Origin: Antechinus flavipes
Lineage: Eukaryota
DNA length: 64,000 nt
NCBI RefSeq assembly: GCF_016432865.1
Contig: NC_067401.1
Span: 99,696,001 to 99,760,000 of the forward strand
Direction: 5' to 3'
In this document: piece by piece, positions 12,371 to 24,876 of the stretch
Numbering within the stretch: position 1 is the first letter of the stretch
Layout: each line of letters opens with the position of its first letter
Made by a program: the position numbers and the translations under genes
Notes under the pieces: generated by a model
The model's input: only the letters and a program-made list of their open reading frames with translations
Databases searched by the model: none
Told to the model about the DNA's origin: nothing

Positions 12371-12997
12371 CATGAAAGACTAGTTTCTTTGCCAATTAGT
12401 TCTAATGAGTTTATATTAAATAATGGAACAGAGGATGAGAGGAAGTTGAAATTTGCAAGGAGGAAAGTAAATTAAATGTAAATATTAGATATGCATGTAA
12501 ATATTAGACGTAAAAATGAAAGTTTGCTTCACTTTTTAGCTTCTAGTAAAAACTGGAAGAACTTCTGTTAAAAAACATTTTTGAATCCAAGTCTATAAGC
12601 ATTTATTATGGATTTATATGGGCAAAATACTGCGCCAAAAGCTTTAAGATACAAAGGCAAAACAAAAAAGCTGTGCCCGTGTTCAAGGAGCTTATGTTAT
12701 ATATAAGAGACAGAAAACATGAGAAGAAACTGATGGATAGATTGCTTAGGCTGAACTCAAAAGTTAGAGCTTTAAAAGTTGAAAACTTATGTAGCTTCTT
12801 TTCATAGATCCTCTAATTTCAACCAAGTTTCCTGTGTAATGCTTAAGTTTTTGGCAATTAGCTTCTAAAGAATAGTTCTATTTTTTGAGCAGTGTTTTTG
12901 AAATGAACTTCAGTGAATTGTGCAATTAAAAAAATGTATGAAGAACTTTTTCCATTCATAATTTGCTTTTCTTTGTGTGTCTATTTCTTATGTATAG

Positions 12998-13155
12998 CTC
13001 CTAAGGAAAAGGCATATAGGAAATGACATCGTTACCATTGTCTTCCAAGAGCCTGGAGCACTTCCTTTTACTCCAAAAAATATCCGATCTCAGTTTCAAC
13101 ACGTCTTTGTTATTGTCAAGGTGCACAATCCTTGCACTGAAAATGTGTGTTATAG
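12998..13155 (+). CDS. SIPA1L2: SIPA1L2 exon, RapGAP catalytic segment ([53 protein letters not shown])
   Basis: Acceptor tatag|CTC, donor AG|gtgagt, 158 nt, phase 0 to 2. Contains the Asn-thumb HIGND motif. Not in the ORF track because it has no in-frame start. Confidence 0.96.
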
Positions 13156-13559
13156 GTGAGTCTGTATGTCCTAATTTATTTGGCTAGTTTGATTTTAGTA
13201 TTGCATCTTTCACTATCTGTTCTTCTTTATTCCTCCAATTTCCATTTGGTTCCTAATTGTAGATTTTTTTCTTTTTTTTTTTTTGCCATGTAAGAAAGTA
13301 AGAAGGAACACATAGCACTCTGAATTAAGCAATTTCCTTAGATATACACACACATCTTCATTTTATCCTTTCATAATTGTACGTCTTGCAATTTTGTTTG
13401 TTCCTAGTTTCAGCCCCATTAAAATATACAATAGGACAATTAGTTAAAATACAGAATTGTACTGCAAGAATCATTCATTATTCTGACATAAGTCTGAGGA
13501 TGTGGGAAAGAACTCACTTATTCTTGAAAAATCCTATATGATAGTTTGAAACTCACTTG

Positions 13560-13900
13560 GAAGAATCATCAAATTAAATAGAAACACCAGGCAGCTTGTT
13601 CAGAGCCAGAAACAAGATTTTATTAGTTTAGCCCTGAGCAAAATTCAGTCTTACTCATCTTTTCATCAAAAATGAATGATAAAATACCAGAGCAGGCATT
13701 TTATAGCCTCAAAAAGTACCTATGCTCCTAATACCCAGAACTGGTCCCCAAATTACATGTTAAAAAATACAGACACTACCTAATAAGCATTCATGTTGCT
13801 TACTTATGAAACAAAAACAACTTTACTCCTATTACTCAAAGAATCAATAGTTTTCTTTGAAATTCAGTAGTTGTATCACTTCCCAGCCTTGTTATTAGGC
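13560..13900 (-). mobile_element. Possible degenerate solo LTR
   Basis: Minus-strand TATAAAA (ttttata near 13699-13705) lies about 80 nt upstream of a minus-strand AATAAA (near 13618-13623). Ends not found. Confidence 0.3.
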
Positions 13901-14152
13901 CATGTTTTCAAAATTATTGAAGCAGACAGTGGAATAGAGCATAATTTTGACCAAGAAATCATTCATAAAGATTATCCTATGTATCATATTAAAAGTAACT
14001 TATATGTTTTCATTCCACTGTTACCCATCTCCCTTCATCAAAATCGAATACCTCTTTCAGCATTTCCATGATGAAAATGGAGGAAGAAATAATTTGGGTT
14101 TTTTTTTTTCTCAGAGAAATGAATTAGTAAAAAGGAAGAGACAAGATGGAAA

Positions 14153-14730
14153 GAATCAGTCAGCAGCAAGCATTTATTAGTTAGATACCACCTATGGTCT
14201 GCGTCAGTGCTGTAGATACACAGGAAGGCAAGACAGTTTTAGCTCTCAAATGGGGGAGACAATAGGAAGCTATCTATGTATAAACAAGATATATAGAGGA
14301 GAAGTGGGAGGTAATAAACAGAGGGAAGGTACTAAGAGATTTGGAAAGTCTTCTTGAGGGTGGGAGTTTGGCTAGGATTTGAAGAAAGCTATGAAACAGA
14401 GAAGAAGGAGAGAATTACTGGAATGTCTGTAATAAAAAATGCCTACAGTGGAGAAAGAGAGTATCTTTTTTGAGGAAGAGCAAGAAAGCCAGCATCACAG
14501 GTTCTCAGAGTGTTTGGGCAAGATTCAAATATAAGAAAACTGGAAAGGTAGCAAGGAGGTTAAAAACCTTTGAACGCCAGAGGATTTTAAATTTGCTCCC
14601 GAGAGTGAGAGAGAGACACTGAAACTTATTGAACTGAGTGACATGGTCAGACCTGCACTTTAGAAAGATAGCTTTAAAACTGAATGGAGGAACGACTTGA
14701 GTTGGAAGAGATTTGACCAACCAAAAGGCT
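14153..14730 (-). mobile_element. L2 fragment
   Basis: aatcagtcagcagcaagcatttattag... start, then characteristic gagtgacatggtcagacctgcactttagaaagat. Confidence 0.8.
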
Positions 14731-14814
14731 AGAATTTATTAACATACAGTGTTTGTTAAATACTATTTTAAACAAAATAATTGTAATTATAACATAATAG
14801 CTATTTTTTGCTAT

Positions 14815-15270
14815 TCCAAAACTTCAGTAACTTCTCACTAGCTACATAATAAAGTCAAAATGCTTCACTGTGGTCTTCAAGGGCTTCCATGGTTTGGCCA
14901 GAAAGCATCCTTTTTGTCTCATGTCATTTCATTATATGAACCTCTGCCATCACATGTTCCATGGTTTCCTAATTGTCTCCATTCCCTCTCCTTCCATTTA
15001 AACCTTTATAATCCCACCATGTTTTTCAAAGTTGTAATTCAAATAATGTCTCTTCTGTGACACTGTCTTATGCCCTCCAAAGAGATTTGATCTCTCTGCC
15101 TTAACACTTATTTGAATTGTTCTTAGAAAACAGCATGTTCTTCTATATACTGTAGTTATTTATTTACATGTATACTTTCTGTCCCTCAGCCCTACTAGAT
15201 TTTAATTTATTTTGGAGATTCTCTTCAACTCTGTAACTCATGCAATTTATAATACTAATAAACATCTGTT
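14815..15270 (+). mobile_element. Degenerate L2 fragment
   Basis: Pyrimidine-rich L2 3' region ending taataaacatctgttg. Confidence 0.55.
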
Positions 15271-16107
15271 GTATGGACAGCCATCATTGGGTAATGTGGG
15301 TAGGTTTTAATACTATAGCATTTTACAAATAGAATATATTATAGGCAAAACACAGATATTTTGTATTATAGGTAAAACATTACAATAGCTTTTAAGTTAT
15401 TACAGTGCCACTCACCACCTAATAGTTGTGTTATTAAAATTTCAGTCTCTGCACACTTCCTTCAATTTTCTTACAAATTTGAAGAGTACAGTACTATGCT
15501 TACTATTGAAGTTTCTTGCTTTGTTGTTAATATTTCCCCTAGCCAGTTTAAAATACAGAGGCTGGCAGAAGTCTTTCTAATTGGCTTCTTTACTACTGTG
15601 AAATGAGATGTTTCCTTAGAATAGGTTTAATGGATGGTATATATCTTTGATGATAGAATTTATGCTTGCACAACCCAGGTTTGGGGGTATCTGTTTCAGC
15701 TTATTATCATACTACTTGAAATGGCATATACTTTTTCATGTTCCCCTTGGGCACCTCCAGTTAGAAAACTGATGTGTCCCCTAAAATCCATGCTTGAATT
15801 TTCAGTTCTCACAGCCTTTTTCCTTGTCTCTCATGCCATGGATGAAAGTGTTGGAATGGAGGGAACACTGAGAAGAATAGACTTCCTCTTTTGATTCACA
15901 AGTAATTCATAAGTAACCTTGTTTTCTTACTTAACTAAGTAACTTCATTAACTTACTTGAGTTTTGATAAATAACTTAACACTAAAAGTTTTGGTTTGTC
16001 CAAAAATTAGTAGCTTGAGAGTCAGGTAATCTAACTTGAAAATGAGTCTGTGGAAAGCTTTGGTTGCTAAATTTCCTCTTTTCTATTTTTTTTTTCCTGC
16101 CCTACAG

Positions 16108-16684
16108 TGTTGGAGTTTCAAGATCAAAAGATGTACCACCATTTGGTCCACCAATTCCCAAAGGCGTGACTTTTCCAAAATCAGCAGTTTTTAGGGACTT
16201 CCTATTAGCCAAAGTGATCAATGCTGAAAATTCAGCCCACAAGTCAGAAAAGTTTCGAGCAATGGCTACCCGAACAAGGCAGGAATACTTGAAAGATCTA
16301 GCAGAAAACTTTGTGACTACAGCTACAGTGGATACCTCCGTCAAGTTCAGTTTCATTACATTAGGGGCAAAGAAAAAGGAGAAAGTAAAACCAAGGAAGG
16401 ATGCTCACTTATACAGCGTTGGGGCTATCATGTGGAATGTCATAGCACGAGACTTTGGCCGGTCTGCTGACATTGAATGTCTCCTAGGAATCTCCAATGA
16501 ATTTATCATGTTGATTGAAAAGGAGTCTAAAAACGTTGTATTTAACTGTTCCTGCAGAGATGTTATTGGATGGACCTCTGGATTAATGAGCATCAAAGTG
16601 TTTTATGAAAGAGGAGAATGTATTCTTCTGTCTACAGTGGATAATTGCACTGATGATATAAGGGAAATTGTTCAGAGATTAGGA
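16108..16684 (+). CDS. SIPA1L2: SIPA1L2 exon, end of RapGAP domain and linker ([15 protein letters not shown]...[10 protein letters not shown])
   Basis: Acceptor cctacag|T, donor GGA|gtaagt, 577 nt, phase 2 to 0; core of ORF 16064..16735. Confidence 0.97.
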
Positions 16685-19600
16685 GTAAGTACATGTCATG
16701 CTCTAATACTTTATTCATGTTTGTTCCTCCAATAGCAGAATCAGGGAATTCTCCCTTGAACACATTTTTTAGAAAGAAATAGTTACTATTTCTCATAGAA
16801 ACAAAGCTGTCAGACATTGTACCATTTTGAACAGTTGCTGAGTAAATGGAGGCAGAGAGGAGTATAACTTCCAAACTGATCAGAGAGGACAGTTTTCTTG
16901 GTTCAAAATGATTCAGCGTGATCAACGGCCTTCGATAATTTTTCATGGAAATTGTTATTTTTCTATCTGTCAGGCAGGGTATCTGAAAACAACACATACA
17001 CATATTCAAATCTATCAGCCTCAACTCCAACCAGGGCAGCCTTAAGTCAGAACAACTTTGAACTGGCTGTGTGTGCTCTCACCATAAAAGAGTTTCGATC
17101 CCATGGCAATTTTAGGCGTTTGCTGACAGAGTGATGGGGGTACCTCCGGGATTGGGGGGGGACTATATCAGAATGATTAGTCATCTCCTCATGCTCCTCT
17201 AAGTTATCCCCGAGGCTGTAAATGAAATGCAGTAATTGATGCCGATTCATTTTGTGCTTAACCTGGTACATACTAGGATATCAATTAGCACTTCCCTGGT
17301 ATAGTTTTTGTGGAACCCAAAAAGTTACAAAGGGTCCACACTAATGTGGAAAAGAAAGAAATGTTGATATCGGTCTTCCTACTTCGGCCACTGAGGGATC
17401 AATATTGTTTAGTCACTGTTCAATCATTCACAGTAAATCGACTGGAATTCTAGCTTCCTCATCGCCCTATTTTGTTTCTAGTGAGGCCTGGAAAAAACAA
17501 ACAAACAAACAAAAAACTTCCTACTCTGTTGCCCCAAAGTAGTATTTTGTGACTAATAAAATCTTGTCTGCGTGCTTTCAGGATTAATTTTGGGCCTAAC
17601 TTGCCATTTATCACTTGTGTCTCCAGAAAGACCCCCGTTCTTATCTCAGAGTGCAAAGAGCAACTCTTAAACCAAAAATACTCAAGACACTACTATTATC
17701 AGGACATATTCCCCATGAGAATAAGGGGCCATAGTCAAATGAGACAAAAATAATTTGAAATAGTCAAGGTGTTTATCTTGAAATAATGGTAATAATTGAT
17801 AGTTTGTTGAGCAAGTTTTTCTCCCAAAGTGCTCAGAAGAAAAGCATAATATGAAATTGCCATGATTTTTACTTTGTAATAGTAGTTAGTCATGTTTATT
17901 GAACAACTTTTCTTACAGAAAGCTCCATTTTTTCCCCACATTTATTCTCACTTCATGTCTTTATGTATATCAACCATAATTTATATTCTAGGAAGTTCGT
18001 GGTATCCTAGTGCTCTGACACCAGGACTTAATTTAAATATTTCAGATTTTTAGGCCTCTAGAGAATGGCATAATGTGGCATTTTATGAGAGGGTAAAGAC
18101 TAGCTCCTGTAATGAATGACCCTGAAGCGTCTCATCTTTGAGAATTGCTGATTGGTGTTTCAGGGCTCATCTTATCTATGTATTCTATACAGAAGCTCTC
18201 TTTGGGCTGAGCTGAAATCTACTAAAAGAAACTTTTGTGAACTCCCAGGCAACCCGTTTGTCAGCAGTGAGATCTTCAAAGATGCATTTTGATCTAAAAT
18301 ACTCTTTTTAAAGATTAGAATCCTTGGGCCTACAAGGAGCTTTCTTCTTCTTTTCTTCTTTATTCCATGGATCTCTGGCAGAACTTCAGACTAACCCTAA
18401 TATAAACCTACATCCACATGAATAGTTCTAGGGATTTCAAATTGATGTACCTTGTGTTCGTAAGTTTAAGATTTCCTTCTTAATCACACTTACTTAGATG
18501 TTCTTTTTTCCTAGATGACCTTTCCTTGTCCCAGTCATTGTACTTATTTCTTACAATTGTCTCTACAGGATGGCAAAGAAGAGAGAATTTTATTCTCATT
18601 TAATGCGGGTCCATTTGCTGTACAGTGAGATAAATATTAAATAGGAAATGAAGCAATCTTGATCCTAGTTTGAACTTTGCCACTTATTGAGGGTCTAGAC
18701 ATCTAACATTTTAGAGACTCCTTCCTCACTCAAAAGTGAAAGGATTGGACAAAGTGATTCCTTAGATTGTAGCAGGCCTAAATTTGTTTTGTTTTGTTTT
18801 TGATGAAAAAAAAAAATGAGATTTGGAAAAAACTTCATAGATTGTGTCTTTGCTGATCATTTTGCAGTTGAGAAAACCTAAGCATAGAGTGATGAAATGA
18901 TTTCTGATAGAAGGACATAAAGTCATAAAGAAATAAACCTAGAGTGATCAAACTACAAATCCAAAACGCCCTAGCAAAATAAGAAATCCCAAATACCAGA
19001 TTCTTAACAACGCAATCCCATAGTTTGAAAACATTATGCATCATTGCCAGAGAAATATGAAACTACAATATACTTTTAATGTGATCTTTCTTCCTAATGA
19101 TGATGACATTTATTCTCACTGACCTAAATGACTAAAATGATGGATAAATCCGCCTTTACCTTCAGAATAATCAAGGAAAAATGTTTGCTTAGTGAATTCC
19201 AGAGATTAGGTGGAGCCAAATTAGAAAAGCGATCACTGAGAAAACTTAAGAACAAGGGAATTGTCTAGATATTGTATAAATAAATTCCAGAGCTCTCCCC
19301 ACAAAAAGTAATTAATAGGCTAAGAGACTCCTTTGACTACATCAATGCGTTTGACTCATTCACAAATTCAATGACCTTTGTGTGTTTATCCAGCAGATCT
19401 ATTTTTCCCATCTAATAGATTTAATGTCATACTAATCATTGACAATACTTAAGAAGGTCTTAGAAAAGCTGAAGTAGATGTTCAAAAGACTCATTGTTTC
19501 ATGTATTAGTAGTAAGAAAAAGTTGTCTGTGTTAAGATTTTCTCTAGATGTACGCCATTTTTATTTAATTAAAGTGTTCTGGTTTGGGTCTTGAGTAGAC

Positions 19601-19775
19601 ATAGATTAATGACAGTAGAGAGTAAAGTGATTGTTACTATTTGCCCTCTTTTTCAGTTTGAGAAATTAGAAAAAAATCCTATAAGTATACTATTTCTCAT
19701 GTCTAATTCCTATCCCCAAAGATATACACATTTTCATTATGTAGCTCAAGATCTAAGTAGGATGGGGGAGGTGGA

Positions 19776-19795
19776 GTGTGTGTGTGTGTGTGTGT
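19776..19795. repeat. (GT)10 microsatellite
   Basis: Direct reading. Confidence 0.9.
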
Positions 19796-20756
19796 AACTA
19801 TTTTTCTTCCTTACTTTTTCTTTTCTTTTTTCCCTTTCTCTTTTTTTTTCTTTTTATTCTTCTTGAAAATGTTGATATTTTCTTGAAATTGGAATTTTTG
19901 AGAGATCCATTCTAACCCCTTACACAGAAATCCTTATTTAAAAGTATAAAATATGAAGGAAATGTGTGCTGTCCTACACAGAATCTATTTTATGTATACA
20001 CCTAAACTGCACTCCCTTGCAGATGATACCCATCTCACTAACACTTGCCATTAGAGAGTTGCAGTAAACATGTCCTCTGGACCCCATTTCATGGTTTTCT
20101 TGACTTCCTTCTTTTCTTGTATACAAGTCATTCCATCTGGGAGCATAAATAGATCAAAACTTATGTTATTACTTGTTTGAATTATCTGTTGTATCAGGGA
20201 TGACTTGAAAATGAAAACAAGAAGAAATTTAAGTTATCATGGATCTAAGTAATGAAAACTGAGGGTAATGTAGTAATTTCTTATACTCCATTTTGCAGTA
20301 AGATCTTCCTAACAATCCTATGAAGTAGAAATGGAGAGTGATATCTCTGCTTTATAGATAAGAAACAGAAGGTCTTGCCCATGGCCTTGTAATTAATAAG
20401 GTCAATAAATCAAGCAATCTCACTACTATCTATGGCAACTATGGATAAGGAAAATACGATGTTAATCTTAAAAGACGTTGTGGAGAACTAAAATAGCAGA
20501 ACTTGACCACCAATATGAAGTCAAGAGAAAGACTGAAATTTGAGCTTGTAGTTCTAGTCAGAATGATAAAACTTTAAACAATTGAAAAGGGATGTTTCAT
20601 TGGCACAAGAAAGCCAAAGCCCCTAATTTTTATTGGAGACTATTGAGTAGAAAATTACTGTAGGCCGATAGGAATATGGGAACCAGAAAGTAGCGGAGCT
20701 AATGGGATCTTTTTTGAACATCATCTAAATATCTGTAATGTTAAAGATTCTGAGGG

Positions 20757-21020
20757 ACTAAAGGCACCTAGACAATGCAATGGATAGAGTCCCAGGCCTG
20801 AAATCAAGAAAGAAATCTCATTTTCTTGTGTTCAAATCTGACCTCAGGGACTTACTGGTTGTGGGATTTGGGGAAAGTCATATAACCATGTGTGCCTTAA
20901 TTTCCCCTTCTGTAAAATGAATTGAAGAAAATGACAAACCAGCCCAGAATCTTTGTCAAGAAAACCCCAAATGGAGTCCCAAAGAGTTAAGACACTGCTA
21001 AAAATGACTAAACAGCAACA
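20757..21020 (+). mobile_element. Mar1-type CORE-SINE (tRNA head, CORE, RTE-derived tail)
   Basis: B-box-like gttcaaatct, core ...ctgtaaaatga, tail ctttgtcaagaaaaccccaaatggagtc...aacagcaacaa. Confidence 0.8.
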
Positions 21021-23615
21021 AGAAGAGATTCAAGAGTAAATGGCAGATGTATATAGGGACTAAGATGAGTTTTTGCTAACGACAAGAATTTAAGGCAAAG
21101 GAAAGAGTTTACAGAGACTAGAAAGAATTAGAAGAACACAGTGTATTTAAAAATAAAAAGGAACTTCTTTACTATGAGAATGGCATCCAGGAAAATTGAC
21201 CGATCAAGAAATTATGCAGTTAAATTTGACTTTTCTTCTTGGTGCATCAGTATTTTGATCTGTAAAATGAAGACATTACTTTTCTCTGTGAATCTAATAT
21301 AACACTTGTGTCAAGAAATTTAAACATAGATATAATGTCACGTCTTGGGACTTCTATAGTCTCAATCTTATCATTCATATAAGGGCTTCGGCAACTTGTA
21401 ATTCTGGATGTGATCCCACAGATACACTTGGTCTCCATGCAGATTTTTCATTTTGTGGTCCTCTAAAAGACTTTATGATTGGCCTCCTGCAGTGGTCCCA
21501 TGAGAAAATTTCTTTTCAACTTAAAATGGCATCATTACATATTCTTAAAGGAGTGTGTTACCGTTAGAATTGCAATTGGTGGTGGGAGGGGAGGAATAAA
21601 ATGAAAGCGCGTGGTTGAAGTGCAGAATTTGTTCTGGGCTTTTGTCACGAGAGTGTCACGGATATCATTTATGTTAGTTCAGTTTAAAGATAAGAATTCT
21701 CAGCCTTTTCAAATTCAGTCACTAACTAGGGGTATCCATTTCTCTCCAGAGTTCTTTAATGCTCAAGCCATCCCTTGTAGGTGTGAGAAGGTGACTCATA
21801 ATGTATAGAAGAACAGTAACTATAGAAACAGCCAACACAATGGTGATAGATGGCGGTCCTTTTCCACAGCTGTTCATACAGATGTAGCTTTTATTAAAAT
21901 AACTCTATAGGCATTCAAAGCATGCCTCATGGAGATGTACTGCTTATTAAACTGAAACTTTATTCAGTGGTTTAGACCTGGGAATATGTGCATGATGTTT
22001 TCTAGCTTTGAGCTTCTTACAGATACCTTAATATCATCCTCCTCATCAAGTGTTACTTAATGAGAAACATTTTCTCAATACTTCTACCCTTATAAGGTGA
22101 ACGAGCGATAGAAGAAATCAATATCTGCTTGTCATAGAAGGCATTGTGTAGCTCTGAAGGGAACTGGGTAGTGACAGCAGTCTCTCCAAGACAAAAATCA
22201 AATGTGTAGAATTTGGCAGAATTTATACTAACTGGAGTGAATCATAAATTTTTTAGTTCTCTTAATGAGACCCAACAATGGAGTTTTAGATCTTACTGTC
22301 TATTTTGTAATATTGAAAACTGTGGAATTCTTGAACTTGGAAAAAAAAGAAAAGGGAGGAGAATAAAGATTTTCCTTTTCATTAGTTTTGGATCCAGAGA
22401 CAGTCTCTTTCCTTGAGGGATCTTGTTAGTGATTTATTGGAATTGAGGAGGAAGGCATAGTCCAAAGAGACCCCCCCCCCAAAAAAAATAAATTCTGTCA
22501 GACTTGCAAAATTCTCACCAGCCTCTTCCACTCTAACCAGTATCATGATGGACAACTATACTACGTCTGGCAGCAGTTGTAGATTTTAGAAAAAGACAAA
22601 GCAAGGTGGATGAAATGAACATTTAAAAAAATTTCTAAGCACCTGGTATGGATATGAGTTTATCTTTAGACTGATTGTACTAAATGATGAGTAAAGAGCT
22701 ATGAGAAAATGTTATATGCTTTCTGTCAACATTTTCTGAATAATATAGCATTTTTTAAAAGAAAGTCTCAATTTTTGCATTTTGTTAGTACGTTAGTAAT
22801 AGAAGTTTTTATTTTAGAAAGCAAAGTAAGTCACAAAGAAGTTTTGTTGAAAACAGTGAGAAAAGTGATCTATTCTTTCCATTACCTAAATGAGAAACAC
22901 ATATGCAACATGTTCAGCAAGTAATCTTCTAGTCTTTGCTTAAAAACATCCTTGGGGTTGAAGAAAGATTTATTATCTCTCCAGACAGCCTGTCCTACTT
23001 TTGGATAGTTTCTACTAAGAAATTCCTCCCCTCCTTTATCACGCCTAAATTTCCTTTTTTAAAAAAATATTTTTTATAAAACCTTGCATATCTTTAAAAC
23101 TGATATTAAAAAAAAGAAAGATGACAATTGTCTTCTTAGCCCATCCTAAGTATTCTCAAGTTCTGGGTTAATGAATTATAAGAAAACACGCTTCTCTGTG
23201 AGGAGATATTTATCTGCTTGTAAAGAAGAAAATTATTGATAGGCTTTGACTTCATTTTTTGTGTATATAATACTCTAATTATGGGGAATTGATACAACTG
23301 TTTCTGTCTTTAAATATTACGGAAAATAGACAGCTGGTTATCCCCACTTGGAAAAGCAGAAGAATCATCAGATTTTATATATCTGAAAAATCCCTACAAT
23401 ATTAGTTTTACAGAAGAAAACCTTTGTTATCCACAAATGCCTAAGCAATGATCACCCTATATTAGTTGATGATGGGTGTCATATTCCATCAAAATTTAAA
23501 AAAAAAAAAACCCTAGCTCTAAAAATGAGTTTCTCCACATGATCAAGGGAGCTTTTGAGGGTGGGGGATAGTCGTTTTTTGATAGTTTATTTTTAACTAT
23601 CTCATACTCCTTTAG

Positions 23616-23890
23616 ATAGTGACCCGAGGATGTGAAACTGTGGAAATGACATTGCGGAGGAACGGGCTGGGCCAGCTTGGCTTCCACGTCAACTTTGAAG
23701 GAATCGTCGCGGATGTGGAGCCCTTTGGCTTTGCCTGGAAGGCTGGTCTGCGCCAAGGCAGCCGCCTCGTCGAGATCTGCAAAGTGGCCGTAGCCACCCT
23801 GACTCATGAGCAGATGATTGACCTGTTACGGACTTCTGTGACAGTCAAGGTAGTCATCATCCAGCCTCATGAGGATGGATCTCCCCGGAG
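23616..23890 (+). CDS. SIPA1L2: SIPA1L2 exon, PDZ domain ([25 protein letters not shown]...[10 protein letters not shown])
   Basis: Acceptor tttag|ATA, donor AG|gtaagg, 275 nt, phase 0 to 2. Confidence 0.97.
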
Positions 23891-24149
23891 GTAAGGGACC
23901 AAGGGTCCGGCTCTGACACCCCTGGGCGGTAACTGTTGTCATGGAACTGTAACGGAGCGACCCTTGACCATATGGATCAAGGCCTAAAAGAGCGGCTGGA
24001 TTGAGTCTCTCTTTTTTAATATTAGTTGGATTGTAGCCATTAGAGCAAGTCAGGTTTAATTTAATTATGGTGGAGTAAATGATAGGACATAACCTATTAA
24101 ATAATTTAATGGGAAAGGGGACAAATCTTTTTTAAGTAAGTGTCTTTTA

Positions 24150-24360
24150 TGTCTCTGCTGCTGGGCTAAACTCTCTACAGTTATTTTCTCATTTGATCCT
24201 CAAAACCCCATTACAAGATAGATGCTATTATCATCTTCATTTTACAGTTAAAATTGATGAAAACATAGGGTAAATGACTTGCCCAAAGTCACACAGATAG
24301 TACATATCTGTTGCCAGATTTGAACTCAGATTTCCTTGACTCTTCTTTATCCTCTGTGCC
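24150..24360 (-). mobile_element. MIR/CORE-SINE
   Basis: cattttacag...aaatgacttgcccaaagtcacacag...gatttgaactcag. Confidence 0.75.
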
Positions 24361-24751
24361 TTACCTAATTCTTAATGTGTGTATACACGTGTGAGTGTAT
24401 TATATGAAGTGTACCACATAAAATAGCTTTACTAAGAAATGTATCATATGAAAGCTAAGAGTAAAAATAAACCAATGGTCAGAAAGAATTAATTTTCTTT
24501 ATAAAAATACTAATGTGATAAAATATGTAAAGTACTTTGCAAACCTTAAAAGACATATATAAATCCTAACCATGATTTTTAAAAAATGAGTACTTTTTAA
24601 TTTTCTTTTTCTAGTAGCAGATTTTTTTTGTCATAGCTTAGCCTTTTATCTGACAAGAGACCTGTTCCTGAAAAACTGGAATTCTTTTTTTGTTTGTTTG
24701 TTTAACAAGGTTATTATAAACATGAGATAGAAGAAATCACTATCTGTTTTT

Positions 24752-24768
24752 TTAATGGCTTATTTCTT

Positions 24769-24800
<32 letters not shown>

Positions 24801-24876
24801 TACTAATTATAACTTTTTATTTTTTATATTATCCCCTGCACTCACTTCTGTTCCAACTTTTCTCCTTCCTCCCTCC
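24752..24876 (-). mobile_element. Very short 5'-truncated L1 3' end with 15-bp TSD
   Basis: TSD tcactatctgttttt at 24737-24751 and 24877-24891; T18 at 24784-24801; the reverse complement of 24828-24852 matches L1 3'UTR 3804-3828 at 22/25. Confidence 0.9.

Noticed and set aside
11917-12510. Small tandem duplications (catgaataaaat twice; atgtaaatattaga twice) as a spaced repeat array
   Set aside because: Two-copy slippage duplications in AT-rich or L2 sequence; no regular repeat-spacer structure, so not CRISPR-like.
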